In this document: one piece after another, positions 51,301 through 63,500 of the stretch
Layout of the letters: each line of letters begins with the position of its first letter
How positions within the stretch are numbered: the first letter of the stretch is position 1
Origin: the human T2T-CHM13v2.0 reference genome, Homo sapiens
Reading direction: 5' to 3' (one strand)
Length of the DNA: 64,000 nt
Assembly (NCBI RefSeq): GCF_009914755.1
Contig: NC_060947.1
Translations under genes and position numbers: made by a program
The notes under the pieces: generated by a model
What the model was told of the DNA's origin: nothing
Database searches by the model: none
What the model saw: only the letters and a program-made list of their open reading frames with translations

Positions 51301-54300
51301 GTCCAAATCTCCATTTGCAGATTCTACAAAAAGAGTGATTCCAATCTGCTCTATCAATAGGATTGTTCAACTCCATGAGTTGAATGCCATCCTCACAAAG
51401 TCGTTTCTGAGAATGCTTCTATCTAGTTTTTATGTGAAGATATTTCCTTTTCCACCACAGGCCTCAAAGCCCTCCAAACGTCCACTTGCAGATTCTCGAA
51501 AAAGAGTGTTTCATAGCTGCTCTTTCAAAAGGAAAGTTCAACTCTGGGAGTTGAATACAAACATCACAAAGTAGTTTCCGAGAATGCTTCTGTTTAGTTC
51601 TTATGTGAAGATGATCCCGTTTCCAGTAAAATCTTCAAAGACGTCCACATATCCCCTTGCAGATTGCAAAGAAAGAGGGTTTCAAAACTGCTCCATCAAA
51701 AGGATTGTTCAACTCTGTGAGTTGAATGCAGTCATCGCAGAAAACTTTCTGAGAATGCTTCTGTCTAGGTTTGATGTGAAGATATAGACGTTTCAAACGA
51801 AGGCTACAAAGTGGTGAAAATATACACTTGCAGATTCTACTACAAGGGTGTTGCAAACCTGAACTATCAAAGGAAGGTTCAACTCTGTGGGTTGAATACA
51901 AACATCGCAAAGAATGTTCTGAGTTTGCTTCCGTTCAGTTATGGGAAGTTGATCCCCTTCCCAACGAAATCCTCAGAGAGGTCCAAATATCCCCTTGCAG
52001 ATTCTACAAAACGTGTGTTTGGAAACTGCTCCATCATAACGAATGTTCAGCTCTCTGAGTTAAACTCCATCGTCACAAAGAATTTTCTGAGAGTGCTACC
52101 GTCTAGTTTTTATATGAAGTTCTTTCCTTTACTACCACAGGCCTCAAAGCGGTCCAAATCTCCACTTGCAGATTCTACAAAAAGAGTGTCTGCAAACTGC
52201 TCTATCAAAAGGAATGTTCAACTCTGGGAGTTGAATGCAATCATCACAGAGCAGTTTCTGAGAATGCTTCTATGTCGTTTTTAGGAGAAGATATTTCCTA
52301 TTCCAACACAGTCCTCGAAGCCCGCTAAATATCCACTTGCACATTGTAGAAAAAGTGTGTCGAAGCTGCGCTATCAAAGGGAAAGTTCAACTCTGTGAGG
52401 TGAATGCAAACATCCCAAAGAAGTTTCTGAGAATGCTTCCGTTTAGCTTTTAGGTGAAGATTATCCCGTTTGCAACGAAATCTTCAAAGAGGTCCAAATA
52501 TCCCCTTGCGGATCCCACAGAAAGAGTGTTTCGAAACTGCTGTTTCAAAAGGAATCTTCAACTCTGTGAGTTGAATGCAATCATCACAAAGAAGTTTCTG
52601 ACAATGCTTCTCTCTCGTCTTTCTGTGAAGATAAAGGAAAAGGCTTTCAGGCCTTTTCCACCACAGGCCTGAAAGCGCTCCAAATGTCCACTTACAGATT
52701 CTGCCAAAAGAATATTTCAAAACTGCTCTATGAAAAGCAATGTTAAACTCTGTGGCTCGAACACAAACATCACAAAGCAGTTTCTGAGAATGCTTCAGTT
52801 TAGTTTTTCTGTGGAAATATTCCCGTTTCCAAAGAAATCTTCAAAGAGGTCCACGTATCCACTTACAGATTCTACAAAAAGACAGTTTCAAAACTGCTCA
52901 ATCAAAAGCAGGGTTCAACTGTGTGACTTGAATGCAATCATCACTCAGAAGTTTCTGAGAATGCTTCTCTTTAGTTTTTACGTGAACATATACCCGTTTC
53001 GAACGAAGGCCAGCCAGTGGTCCAAATATCCACTTGCAGATTCTACAGAAAGAGTGTTTCGAACCTGAACTCTCAAAGGCAGGTTCATCTCTGCGAGTTA
53101 AATGCATTCGTCATGAAGAACTTTCTCAGCGTGTTTGTGTTTAGTTATGGGAAATTATTCCCGTTCCCAACGAAATCCTCAGAGAGGTCCAAATATCCAC
53201 CTGCAGATTCTACCAAAAGTGTATTTGGAAACTGCTCCATCAACAGGCATGTTCAGCTCTGTGAGTGAAACTCCATCATCACAAAGAATATTCTGAGAAT
53301 GCTTCCGTTTGCCTTTTATATGAAGTTCCTTCCTATACGACCGTAGGCCTCAAAGCAGTCCAAATCTCCATTTGCAGATTCTACAAAAAGAGTGATTCCA
53401 ATCTGCTCTATCAATAGGATTGTTCAACTCCATGAGTTGAATGCCATCCTCACAAAGTCGTTTCTGAGAATGCTTCTATCTAGTTTTTATGTGAAGATAT
53501 TTCCTTTTCCACCACAGGCCTCAAAGCCCTCCAAACGTCCACTTGCAGATTCTCGAAAAAGAGTGTTTCATAGCTGCTCTTTCAAAAGGAAAGTTCAACT
53601 CTGGGAGTTGAATACAAACATCACAAAGTAGTTTCCGAGAATGCTTCTGTTTAGTTCTTATGTGAAGATGATCCCGTTTCCAGTGAAATCTTCAAAGACG
53701 TCCACATATCCCCTTGCAGATTCCTAAGAAAGAGGGTTTCAAAACTGCTCCATCAAAAGGATTGTTCAACTCTGTGAGTTGAATGCAGTCATCGCAGAAA
53801 ACTTTCTGAGAATGCTTCTGTCTAGGTTTGATGTGAAGATATAGACGTTTCAAACGAAGGCTACAAAGTGGTCAAAATATACACTTGCAGATTCTACTAC
53901 AAGGGTGTTGCAAACCTGAACTATCAAAGGAAGGTTCAACTCTGTGAGTTGAATACAAACATCGCAAAGAATGCTCTGAGTTTGCTTCCGTTCAGTTATG
54001 GGAAGTTGATCCCGTTCCCAACGAAATCCTCAGAGAGGTCCAAATATCCCCTTGCAGATTCTACAAAACGTGTGTTTGGAAACTGCTCCATCATAACGAA
54101 TGTTCAGCTCTCTGAGTTAAACTCCATCGTCACAAAGGATTTTCTGAGAGTGCTACCGTCTAGTTTTTATATGAAGTTCTTTCCTTTACTACCACAGGCC
54201 TCAAAGCGGTCCAAATCTCCACTTGCAGATTCTACAAAAAGAGTGTCTGCAAACTGCTCTATCAAAAGGAATGTTCAACTCTGGGAGTTGAATGCAATCA

Positions 54301-57300
54301 TCACAGAGCAGTTTCTGAGAATGCTTCTATGTCGTTTTTAGGAGAAGATATTTCCTTTTCCAACACAGTCCTCCAAGCCCGCTAAATATCCACTTGCACA
54401 TTGTAGAAAAAGTGTGTCAGAGCTGCGCTATCAAAGGGAAAGTTCAACTCTGTGAGGTGAATGCAAACATCCCAAAGAAGTTTCTGAGAATGCTTCCGTT
54501 TAGCTTTTAGGTGAAGATTATCCCGTTTGCAACGAAATCTTCAAAGAGGTCCAAATATCCCCTTGCGGATCCCACAGAAAGAGTGTTTCGAAACTGCTGT
54601 TTCAAAAGGAATCTTCAACTCTGTGAGTTGAATGCAATCATCACAAAGAAGTTTCTGACAATGCTTCTCTCTCGTCTTTCTGTGAAGATAAAGGAAAAGG
54701 CTTTCAGGCCTTTTCCACCACAGGCCTGAAAGCGCTCCAAATGTCCACTTGCAGATTCTGCCAAAAGAATATTTCAAAACTGCTCTATGAAAAGCAATGT
54801 TAAACTCTGCGGCTCGAACACAAACATCACAAAGCAGTTTCTGAGAATGCTTCAGTTTAGTTTTTCTGTGGAAATATTCCCTTTTCCAAAGAAATCTTCA
54901 AAGAGGTCCACGTATCCACTTACAGAATCTACAAAAAGACAGTTTCACAACTGCTCAATCAAAAGGAGGGTTCAACTGTGTGACTTGAATGCAATCATCA
55001 CTCAGAACTTTCTGAGAATGCTTCTCTTTAGTTTTTACGTGAACATATACCCGTTTCGAACGAAGGCCACCCAGTGGTCCAAATATCCACTTGCAGATTC
55101 TACAGAAAGAGTGTTTCGAACCTGAACTCTCAAAGGCAGGTTCATCTCTGCGAGTTAAATGCATTCATCATGAAGAACTTTCTCAGAGTGTTTGTGTTTA
55201 GTTATGGGAAATTATTCCCGTTCCCAACGAAATCCTCAGAGAGGTCCAAATGTCCACCTGCAGATTCTACCAAAAGTGTATTTGGAAACTGCTCCATCAA
55301 CAGGCATGTTCAGCTCTGTGAGTGAAACTCCATCATCACAAAGAATATTCTGAGAATGCTTCCGTTTGCCTTTTATATGAAGTTCCTTCCTATACGACCG
55401 TAGGCCTCAAAGCAGTCCAAATCTCCATTTGCAGATTCTACAAAAAGAGTGATTCCAATCTGCTCTATCAATAGGATTGTTCAACTCCATGAGTTGAATG
55501 CCATCCTCACAAAGTCGTTTCTGAGAATGCTTCTATCTAGTTTTTATGTGAAGATATTTCCTTTTCCACCACAGGCCTCAAAGCCCTCCAAACGTCCACT
55601 TGCAGATTCTCGAAAAAGAGTGTTTCATAGCTGCTCTTTCAAAAGGAAAGTTCAACTCTGGGAGTTGAATACAAACATCACAAAGTAGTTTCCGAGAATG
55701 CTTCTGTTTAGTTCTTATGTGAAGATGATCCCGTTTCCAGTGAAATCTTCAAAGAGGTCCACATATCCCCTTGCAGATTCCAAAGAAAGAGGGTTTCAAA
55801 ACTGCTCCATCAAAAGGATTGTTCAACTCTGTGAGTTGAATGCAGTCATCACAGAAAACTTTCTGAGAATGCTTCTGTCTAGGTTTGATGTGAAGATATA
55901 GACGTTTCAAACGAAGGCTACAAAGTGGTCAAAATATACACTTGCAGATTCTACTACGAAGGTGTTGCAAACCTGAACTATCAAAGGAAGGTTCAACTCT
56001 GTGAGTTGAATACAAACATCACAAAGAATGTTCTGAGTTTGCTTCCGTTCAGTTACGGGAACTTGATCCCGTTCCCAACGAAATCCTCAGAGAGGTCCAA
56101 ATATCCCCTTGCAGATTCTACAAAAAGTGTGTTTGGAAACTGCTCCATCATAACGAATGTTCAGCTCTCTGAGTTAAACTCCATCGTCACAAAGAATTTT
56201 CTGAGAGTGCTACCGTCTAGTTTTTATATGAAGTTCTTTATTTTACTACCACAGGCCTCAAAGCGGTCCAAATCTCCACTTGCAGATTCTACAAAAAGAG
56301 TGTCTGCAAACTGCTCTATCAAAAGGAATGTTCAACTCTGGGAGTTGAATGCAATCATCACAGAGCAGTTTCTGAGAAGGCTTCTATGAAGTTTTTAGGA
56401 AAAGATATTTCCTTTTCCAACACAGTCCTCCAAGCCCGCTAAATAGCCACTTGCACATTGTAGAAAAAGTGTGCCAAATCTGCGCTATCAAAAGGAAAGT
56501 TCAACTCTGTGAGGTGAATGCAAACATCCCAAAGAAGTTTCTGAGAATGCTTCCGTTTAGCTTTTAGGGGAAGATTATCCCGTTTGCAACGAAATCTTCA
56601 AAGAGGTCCAAATATCCCCTTGCGGATCCCACAGAAAGAGTGTTTCGAAACTGCTGTTTCAAAAGGAATCTTCAACTCTGTGAGTTGAATGCAATCATCA
56701 CAAAGAAGTTTCTGACAATGCTTCTCTCTCGTCTTTCTGTGAAGATAAAGGAAAAGGCTTTCAGGCCTTTTCCACCACAGGCCTGAAAGCGCTCCAAATG
56801 TCCACTTGCAGATTCTGCCAAAAGAATATTTCAAAACTGCTCTATGAAAAGCAATGTTAAACTCTGCGGCTCGAACACAAACATCACAAAGCAGTTTCTG
56901 AGAATGCTTCAGTTTAGTTTTTCAGTGGAAATATTCCCGTTTCCAAAGAAATCTTCAAAGAGGTCCACGTATCCACTTACAGATTCTACAAAAAGACAGT
57001 TTCAAAACTGCTCAATCAAAAGGAGGGTTCAACTGTGTGACTTGAATGCAATCATCACTCAGAACTTTCTGAGAATGCTTCTCTTTAGTTTTTACGTGAA
57101 CATATACCCGTTTCGAACGAAGGCCACCCAGTGGTCCAAATATCCACTTGCAGATTCTACAGAAAGAGTGTTTCGAACCTGAACTCTCAAAGGCAGGTTC
57201 ATCTCAGCGAGTTAAATGCATTCGTCATGAAGAACTTTCTCAGCGTGTTTGTGTTTAGTTATGGGAAATTATTCCCGTTCCCAACGAAATCCTCAGAGAG

Positions 57301-60300
57301 GTCCAAATGTCCACCTGCAGATTCTACCAAAAGTGTATTTGGAAACTGCTCCATCAAAAGGCATGTTCAGCTCTGTGAGTGAAACTCCATCATCACAAAG
57401 AATATTCTGAGAATGCTTCCATTTGCCTTTTATATGAAGTTCCTTCCTATACGACCGTAGGCCTCAAAGCAGTCCAAATCTCCATTTGCAGATTCTACAA
57501 AAAGAGTGATTCCAATCTGCTCTATCAATAGGATTGTTCAACTCCATGAGTTGAATGCCATCCTCACAAAGTCGTTTCTGAGAATGCTTCTATTTAGTTT
57601 TTATGTGAAGATATTTCCTTTTCCACCACAGGCCTCAAAGCCCTCCAAACGTCCACTTGCAGATCCACGAAAAAGAGTGTTTCATAGCTGCTCTTTCAAA
57701 AGGAAAGTTCAACTCTGGGAGTTGAATACAAACATCACAAAGTAGTTTCCGAGAATGCTTCTGTTTAGTTCTTATGTGAAGATGATCCCGTTTCCAGTGA
57801 AATCTTCAAAGACGTCCACATATCCCCTTGCAGATTCCAAAGAAAGAGGGTTTCAAAACTGCTCCATCAAAAGGATTGTTCAACTCTGTGAGTTGAATGC
57901 AGTCATCGCAGAAAACTTTCTGAGAATGCTTCTGTCTAGGTTTGATGTGAAGAAATAGACGTTTCAAACAAAGGCTACAAAGTGGTCAAAATATACACTT
58001 GCAGATTCTACTACAAGGGTGTTGCAAACCTGAACTCTCAAAGGAAGGTTCAACTCTGTGGGTTGAATACAAACATCGCAAAGAATGTTCTGAGTTTGCT
58101 TCCGTTCAGTTATGGGAAGTTGATCCCGTTTACAACGAAATCCTCAGAGAGGTCCAAATATCCCCTTGCAGATTCTACAAAACGTGTGTTTGGAAACTGC
58201 TCCATCATAACGAATGTTCAGCTCCCTGAGTTAAACTCCATCGTCACAAAGAATTTTCTGAGAGTGCTACCGTCTAGTTTTTATATGAAGTTCTTTCCTT
58301 TACTACCACAGGCCTCAAAGCGGTCCAAACCTCCACTTGCAGATTCTACAAAAAGAGTGTCTGCAAACTGCTCTATCAAAAGGAATGTTCAACTCTGGGA
58401 ATTGAATGCAATCATCACAGAGCAGTTTCTCAGAATGCTTCTATGTCGTTTTTAGGAGAAGATATTTCCTTTTCCAACACAGTCCTCCAAGCCCGCTAAA
58501 TAGCCACTTGCACATTGTAGAAAAAGTGTGTCGTAGCTGCGCTATCAAAGGGAAAGTTCAACTCTGTGAGGTGAATGCAAACATCCCAAAGAAGTTTCTG
58601 AGAATGCTTCCGTTTAGCTTTTAGGTGAAGATTATCCCGTTTCCAACGAAAGCTTCAAAGAGGTCCAAATATCCCCTTGCGGATCCCACAGAAAGAGTGT
58701 TTCGAAACTGCTGTTTCAAAAGGAATCTTCAACTCTGTGAGTTGAATGCAATCATCACAAAGAAGTTTCTGACAATGCTTCTCTCTCGTCTTTCTGTGAA
58801 GATAAAGGAAAAGGTTTTCAGGCCTTTGCCACAACAGGCCTGAAAGCGCTCCAAATGTCCACTTGCAGATTCTGCCAAAAGAATATTTCAAAACTGCTCT
58901 ATGAAAAGCAATGTTAAACTCTGTGGCTCGAACACAAACATCACAAAGCGGTCTCTGAGAATGCTTCAGTTTAGTTTTTCTTTGGAAATATTCCCGTTTC
59001 CAAAGAAATCTTCAAAGAGGTCCACGTATCCACTTACAGATTCTACAAAAAGACAGTTTCAAAACTGCTCAATCAAAAGGAGGGTTCAACTGTGTGACTT
59101 CAATGCAATCATCACTCAGAACTTTCTGAGAATGCTTCTCTTTAGTTTTTACGTGAACATATACCCGTTTCGAACGAAGGCCACCCAGTGGTCCAAATGT
59201 CCACTTGCAGATTCTACAGAAAGAGTGTTTCGAACCTGAACTCTCAAAGGCAGGTTCATCTCTGCGAGTTAAATGCATTCATCATGAAGAACTTTCTCAG
59301 AGTGTTTGTGTTTAGTTATGGGAAATTATTCCCGTTTCCAACGAAATCCTCAGAGAGCTCCAAATATCCACCTGCAGATTCTACCAAAAGTGTATTTGGA
59401 AACTGCTCCATCAAAAGGCATCTTCAGCTCTGTGAGTGAAACTCCATCATCACAAAGAATATTCTGAGAATGCTTCCGTTTGCCTTTTATATGAAGTTCC
59501 TTCCTATACGACCGTAGGCCTCAAAGCAGTCCAAATCTCCATTTGCAGATTCTACAAAAAGAGTGATTCCAATCTGCTCTATCAATAGGATTGTTCAACT
59601 CCATGAGTTGAATGCCATCCTCACAAAGTCGTTTCTGAGAATGCTTCTATCTAGTTTTTATGTGAAGATATTTCCTTTTCCACCACAGGCCTCAAAGCCC
59701 TCCAAACGTCCACTTGCAGATTCTCGAAAAAGAGTGTTTCATAGCTGCTCTTTCAAAAGGAAAGTTCAACTCTGGGAGTTGAATACAAACATCACAAAGT
59801 AGTTTCCGAGAATGCTTCTGTTTAGTTCTTATGTGAAGATGATCCCGTTTCCAGTGAAATCTTCAAAGACGTCCACATATCCCCTTGCAGATTCCAAAGA
59901 AAGAGGGTTTCAAAACTGCTCCATCAAAAGGATTGTTCAACTCTGTGAGTTGAATGCAGTCATCGCAGAAAACTTTCTGAGAATGCTTCTGTCTAGGTTT
60001 GATGTGAAGATATAGACGTTTCAAACGAAGGCTACAAAGTGGTGAAAATATACACTTGCAGATTGTACTACAAGGGTGTTGCAAACCTGAACTATCAAAG
60101 GAAGGTTCAACTCTGTGGGTTGAATACAAACATCGCAAAGAATGTTCTGAGTTTGCTTCCGTTCAGTTATGGGAAGTTGATCCCCTTCCCAACGAAATCC
60201 TCAGAGAGGTCCAAATATCCCCTTGCAGATTCTACAAAACGTGTGTTTGGAAACTGCTCCATCATAACGAATGTTCAGCTCTCTGAGTTAAACTCCATCG

Positions 60301-60545
60301 TCACAAAGAATTTTCTGAGAGTGATACCGTCTAGTTTTTATATGAAGTTCTTTCCTTTACTACCACAGGCCTCAAAGCGGTCCAAATCTCCACTTGCAGA
60401 TTCTACAAAAAGAGTGTCTGCAAACTGCTCTATCAAAAGGAATGTTCAACTCTGGGAGTTGAATGCAATCATCACAGAGCAGTTTCTGAGAATGCTTCTA
60501 TGTCGTTTTTAGGAGAAGATATTTCCTATTCCAACACAGTCCTCG
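48358..60545. repeat. Dispersed ~4-kb duplication: ~48.3-52.3 kb recurs at ~56.5-60.5 kb (offset 8,228 bp)
   Basis: Shared rare variants at 48696/56924 and 52317/60545, and in the variant ORF pairs 49278/57506, 49527/57755, 50397/58625, 50673/58901 and 50960/59188. Confidence 0.85.
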
Positions 60546-63500
60546 AAGCCCGCTAAATAGCCACTTGCACATTGTAGAAAATGTGTGTCGAAGCTGCGCT
60601 ATCAAAGGGAAAGTTCAACTCTGTGAGGTGAATGCAAACATCCCAAAGAAGTTTCTGAGAATGCTTCCGTTTAGCTTTTACCTGAAGATTATCCCGTTTC
60701 CAACGAAAGCTTCAAAGAGGTCCAAATATCCCCTTGCGGATCCCACAGAAAGAGTGTTTCGAAACTGCTGTTTCAAAAGGAATCTTCAACTCTGTGAGTT
60801 GAATGCAATCATCACAAAGAAGTTTCTGACAATGCTTCTCTCTCGTCTTTCTTTGAAGATAAAGGAAAAGGCTTTCAGGCCTTTTCCACCACAGGCCTGA
60901 AAGCGCTCCAAATGTCCACTTGCAGATTCTGCCAAAAGAATATTTCAAAACTGCTCTATGAAAAGCAATGTTAAACTCTGTGGCTCGAACACAAACATCA
61001 CAAAGCAGTTTCTGAGAATGCTTCAGTTTAGTTTTTCTGTGGAAATATTCCCTTTTCCAAAGAAATCTTCAAAGAGGTCCACGTATCCACTTACAGATTC
61101 TACAAAAAGACAGTTTCAAAACTGCTCCATCAAAAGGAGGGTTCAACTGTGTGACTTGAATGCAATCATCACTCAGAACTTTCTGAGAATGCTTCTCTTT
61201 AGTTTTTACGTGAACATATACCCGTTTCGAACGAAGGCCACCCAGTGGTCCAAATGTCCACTTGCAGATTCTACAGAAAGAGTGTTTCGAACCTGAACTC
61301 TCAAAGGCAGGTTCATCTCTGCGAGTTAAATGCATTCATCATGAAGAACTTTCTCAGAGTGTTTGTGTTTAGTTATGGGAAATTATTCCCGTTTCCAACG
61401 AAATCCTCAGAGAGCTCCAAATATCCACCTGCAGATTCTACCAAAAGTGTATTTGGAAACTGCTCCATCAACAGGCATGTTCAGCTCTGTGAGTGAAACT
61501 CCATCATCACAAAGAATATTCTGAGAATGCTTCCATTTGCCTTTTATATGAAGTTCCTTCCTATACGACCGTAGGCCTCAAAGCAGTCCAAATCTCCATT
61601 TGCAGATTCTACAAAAAGAGTGATTCCAATCTGCTCTATCAATAGGATTGTTCAACTCCATGAGTTGAATGCCATCCTCACAAAGTCGTTTCTGAGAATG
61701 CTTCTATCTAGTTTTTATGTGAAGATATTTCCTTTTCCACCACAGGCCTCAAAGCCCTCCAAAGGTCCACTTGCAGATTCTCGAAAAAGAGTGTTTCATA
61801 GCTGCTCTTTCAAAAGGAAAGTTCAACTCTGGGAGTTGAATACAAACATCACAAAGTAGTTTCCGAGAATGCTTCTGTTTAGTTCTTATGTGAAGATGAT
61901 CCCGTTTCCAGTGAAATCTTCAAAGACGTCCACATATCCCCTTGCAGATTCCAAAGAAAGAGGGTTTCAAAACTGCTCCATCAAAAGGATTGTTCAACTC
62001 TGTGAGTTGAATGCAGTCATCGCAGAAAACTTTCTGAGAATGCTTCTGTCTAGGTTTGATGTGAAGATATGGACGTTTCAAACGAAGGCTACAAAGTGGT
62101 GAAAATATACACTTGCAGATTCTACTACAAGGGTGTTGCAAACCTGAACTATCAAAGGAAGGTTCAACTCTGTGGGTTGAATACAAACATCACAAAGAAT
62201 GTTCTGAGTTTGCTTCCGTTCAGTTATGGGAAGTTGATCCCCTTCCCAACGAAATCCTCAGAGAGGTCCAAATATCCCCTTGCAGATTCTACAAAACGTG
62301 TGTTTGGAAACTGCTCCATCATAACGAATGTTCAGCTCTCTGAGTTAAACTCCATCGTCACAAAGAATTTTCTGAGAGTGCTACCGTCTAGTTTTTATAT
62401 GAAGTTCTTTCCTTTACTACCACAGGCCTCAAAGCGGTCCAAATCTCCACTTGCAGATTCTACAAAAAGAGTGTCTGCAAACTGCTCTATCAAAAGGAAT
62501 GTTCAACTCTGGGAGTTGAATGCAATCATCACAGAGCAGTTTCTGAGAATGCTTCTATGTCGTTTTTAGGAGAAGATATTTCCTATTCCAACACAGTCCT
62601 CCAAGCCCGCTAAATAGCCACTTGCACATTGTAGAAAAAGTGTATCGAAGCTGCGCTATCAAAGGGAAAGTTCAACTCTGTGAGGTGAATGCAAACATCC
62701 CAAAGAAGTTTCTGAGAATGCTTCCGTTTAGCTTTTACCTGAAGATTATCCCGTTTCCAACGAAAGCTTCAAAGAGGTCCAAATATCCCCTTGCGGATCC
62801 CACAGAAAGAGTGTTTCGAAACTGCTGTTTCAAAAGGAATCTTCAACTCTGTGAGTTGAATGCAATCATCACAAAGAAGTTTCTGACAATGCTTCTCTCT
62901 CGTCATTCTGTGAAGAGAAAGGAAAAGGCTTTCAGGCCTTTTCCACCACAGGCCTGAAAGCGCTCCAAATGTCCACTTGCAGATTCTGCCAAAAGAATAT
63001 TTCAAAACTGCTCTATGAAAAGCAATGTTAAACTCTGTGGCTCGAACACAAACATCACAAAGCAGTTTCTGAGAATGCTTCAGTTTAGTTTTTCTGTGGA
63101 AATATTCCCGTTTCCAAAGAAATCTTCAAAGAGGTCCACGTATCCACTTACAGATTCTACAAAAAGACAGTTTCAAAACTGCTCAATCAAAAGGAGGGTT
63201 CAACTGTGTGACTTGAATGCAATCATCACTCAGAACTTTCTGAGAATGCTTCTCTTTAGTTTTTACGTGAACATATACCCGTTTCGAACGAAGGCCACCC
63301 AGTGGTCCAAATATCCACTTGCAGATTCTACAGAAAGAGTGTTTCGAACCTGAACTCTCAAAGGCAGGTTCATCTCTGCGAGTTAAATGCATTCGTCATG
63401 AAGAACTTTCTCAGCGTGTTTGTGTTTAGTTGTGGGAAATTATTCCTGTTCCCAACGAAATCCTCAGAGAGGTCCAAATGTCCACCTGCAGATTCTACCA

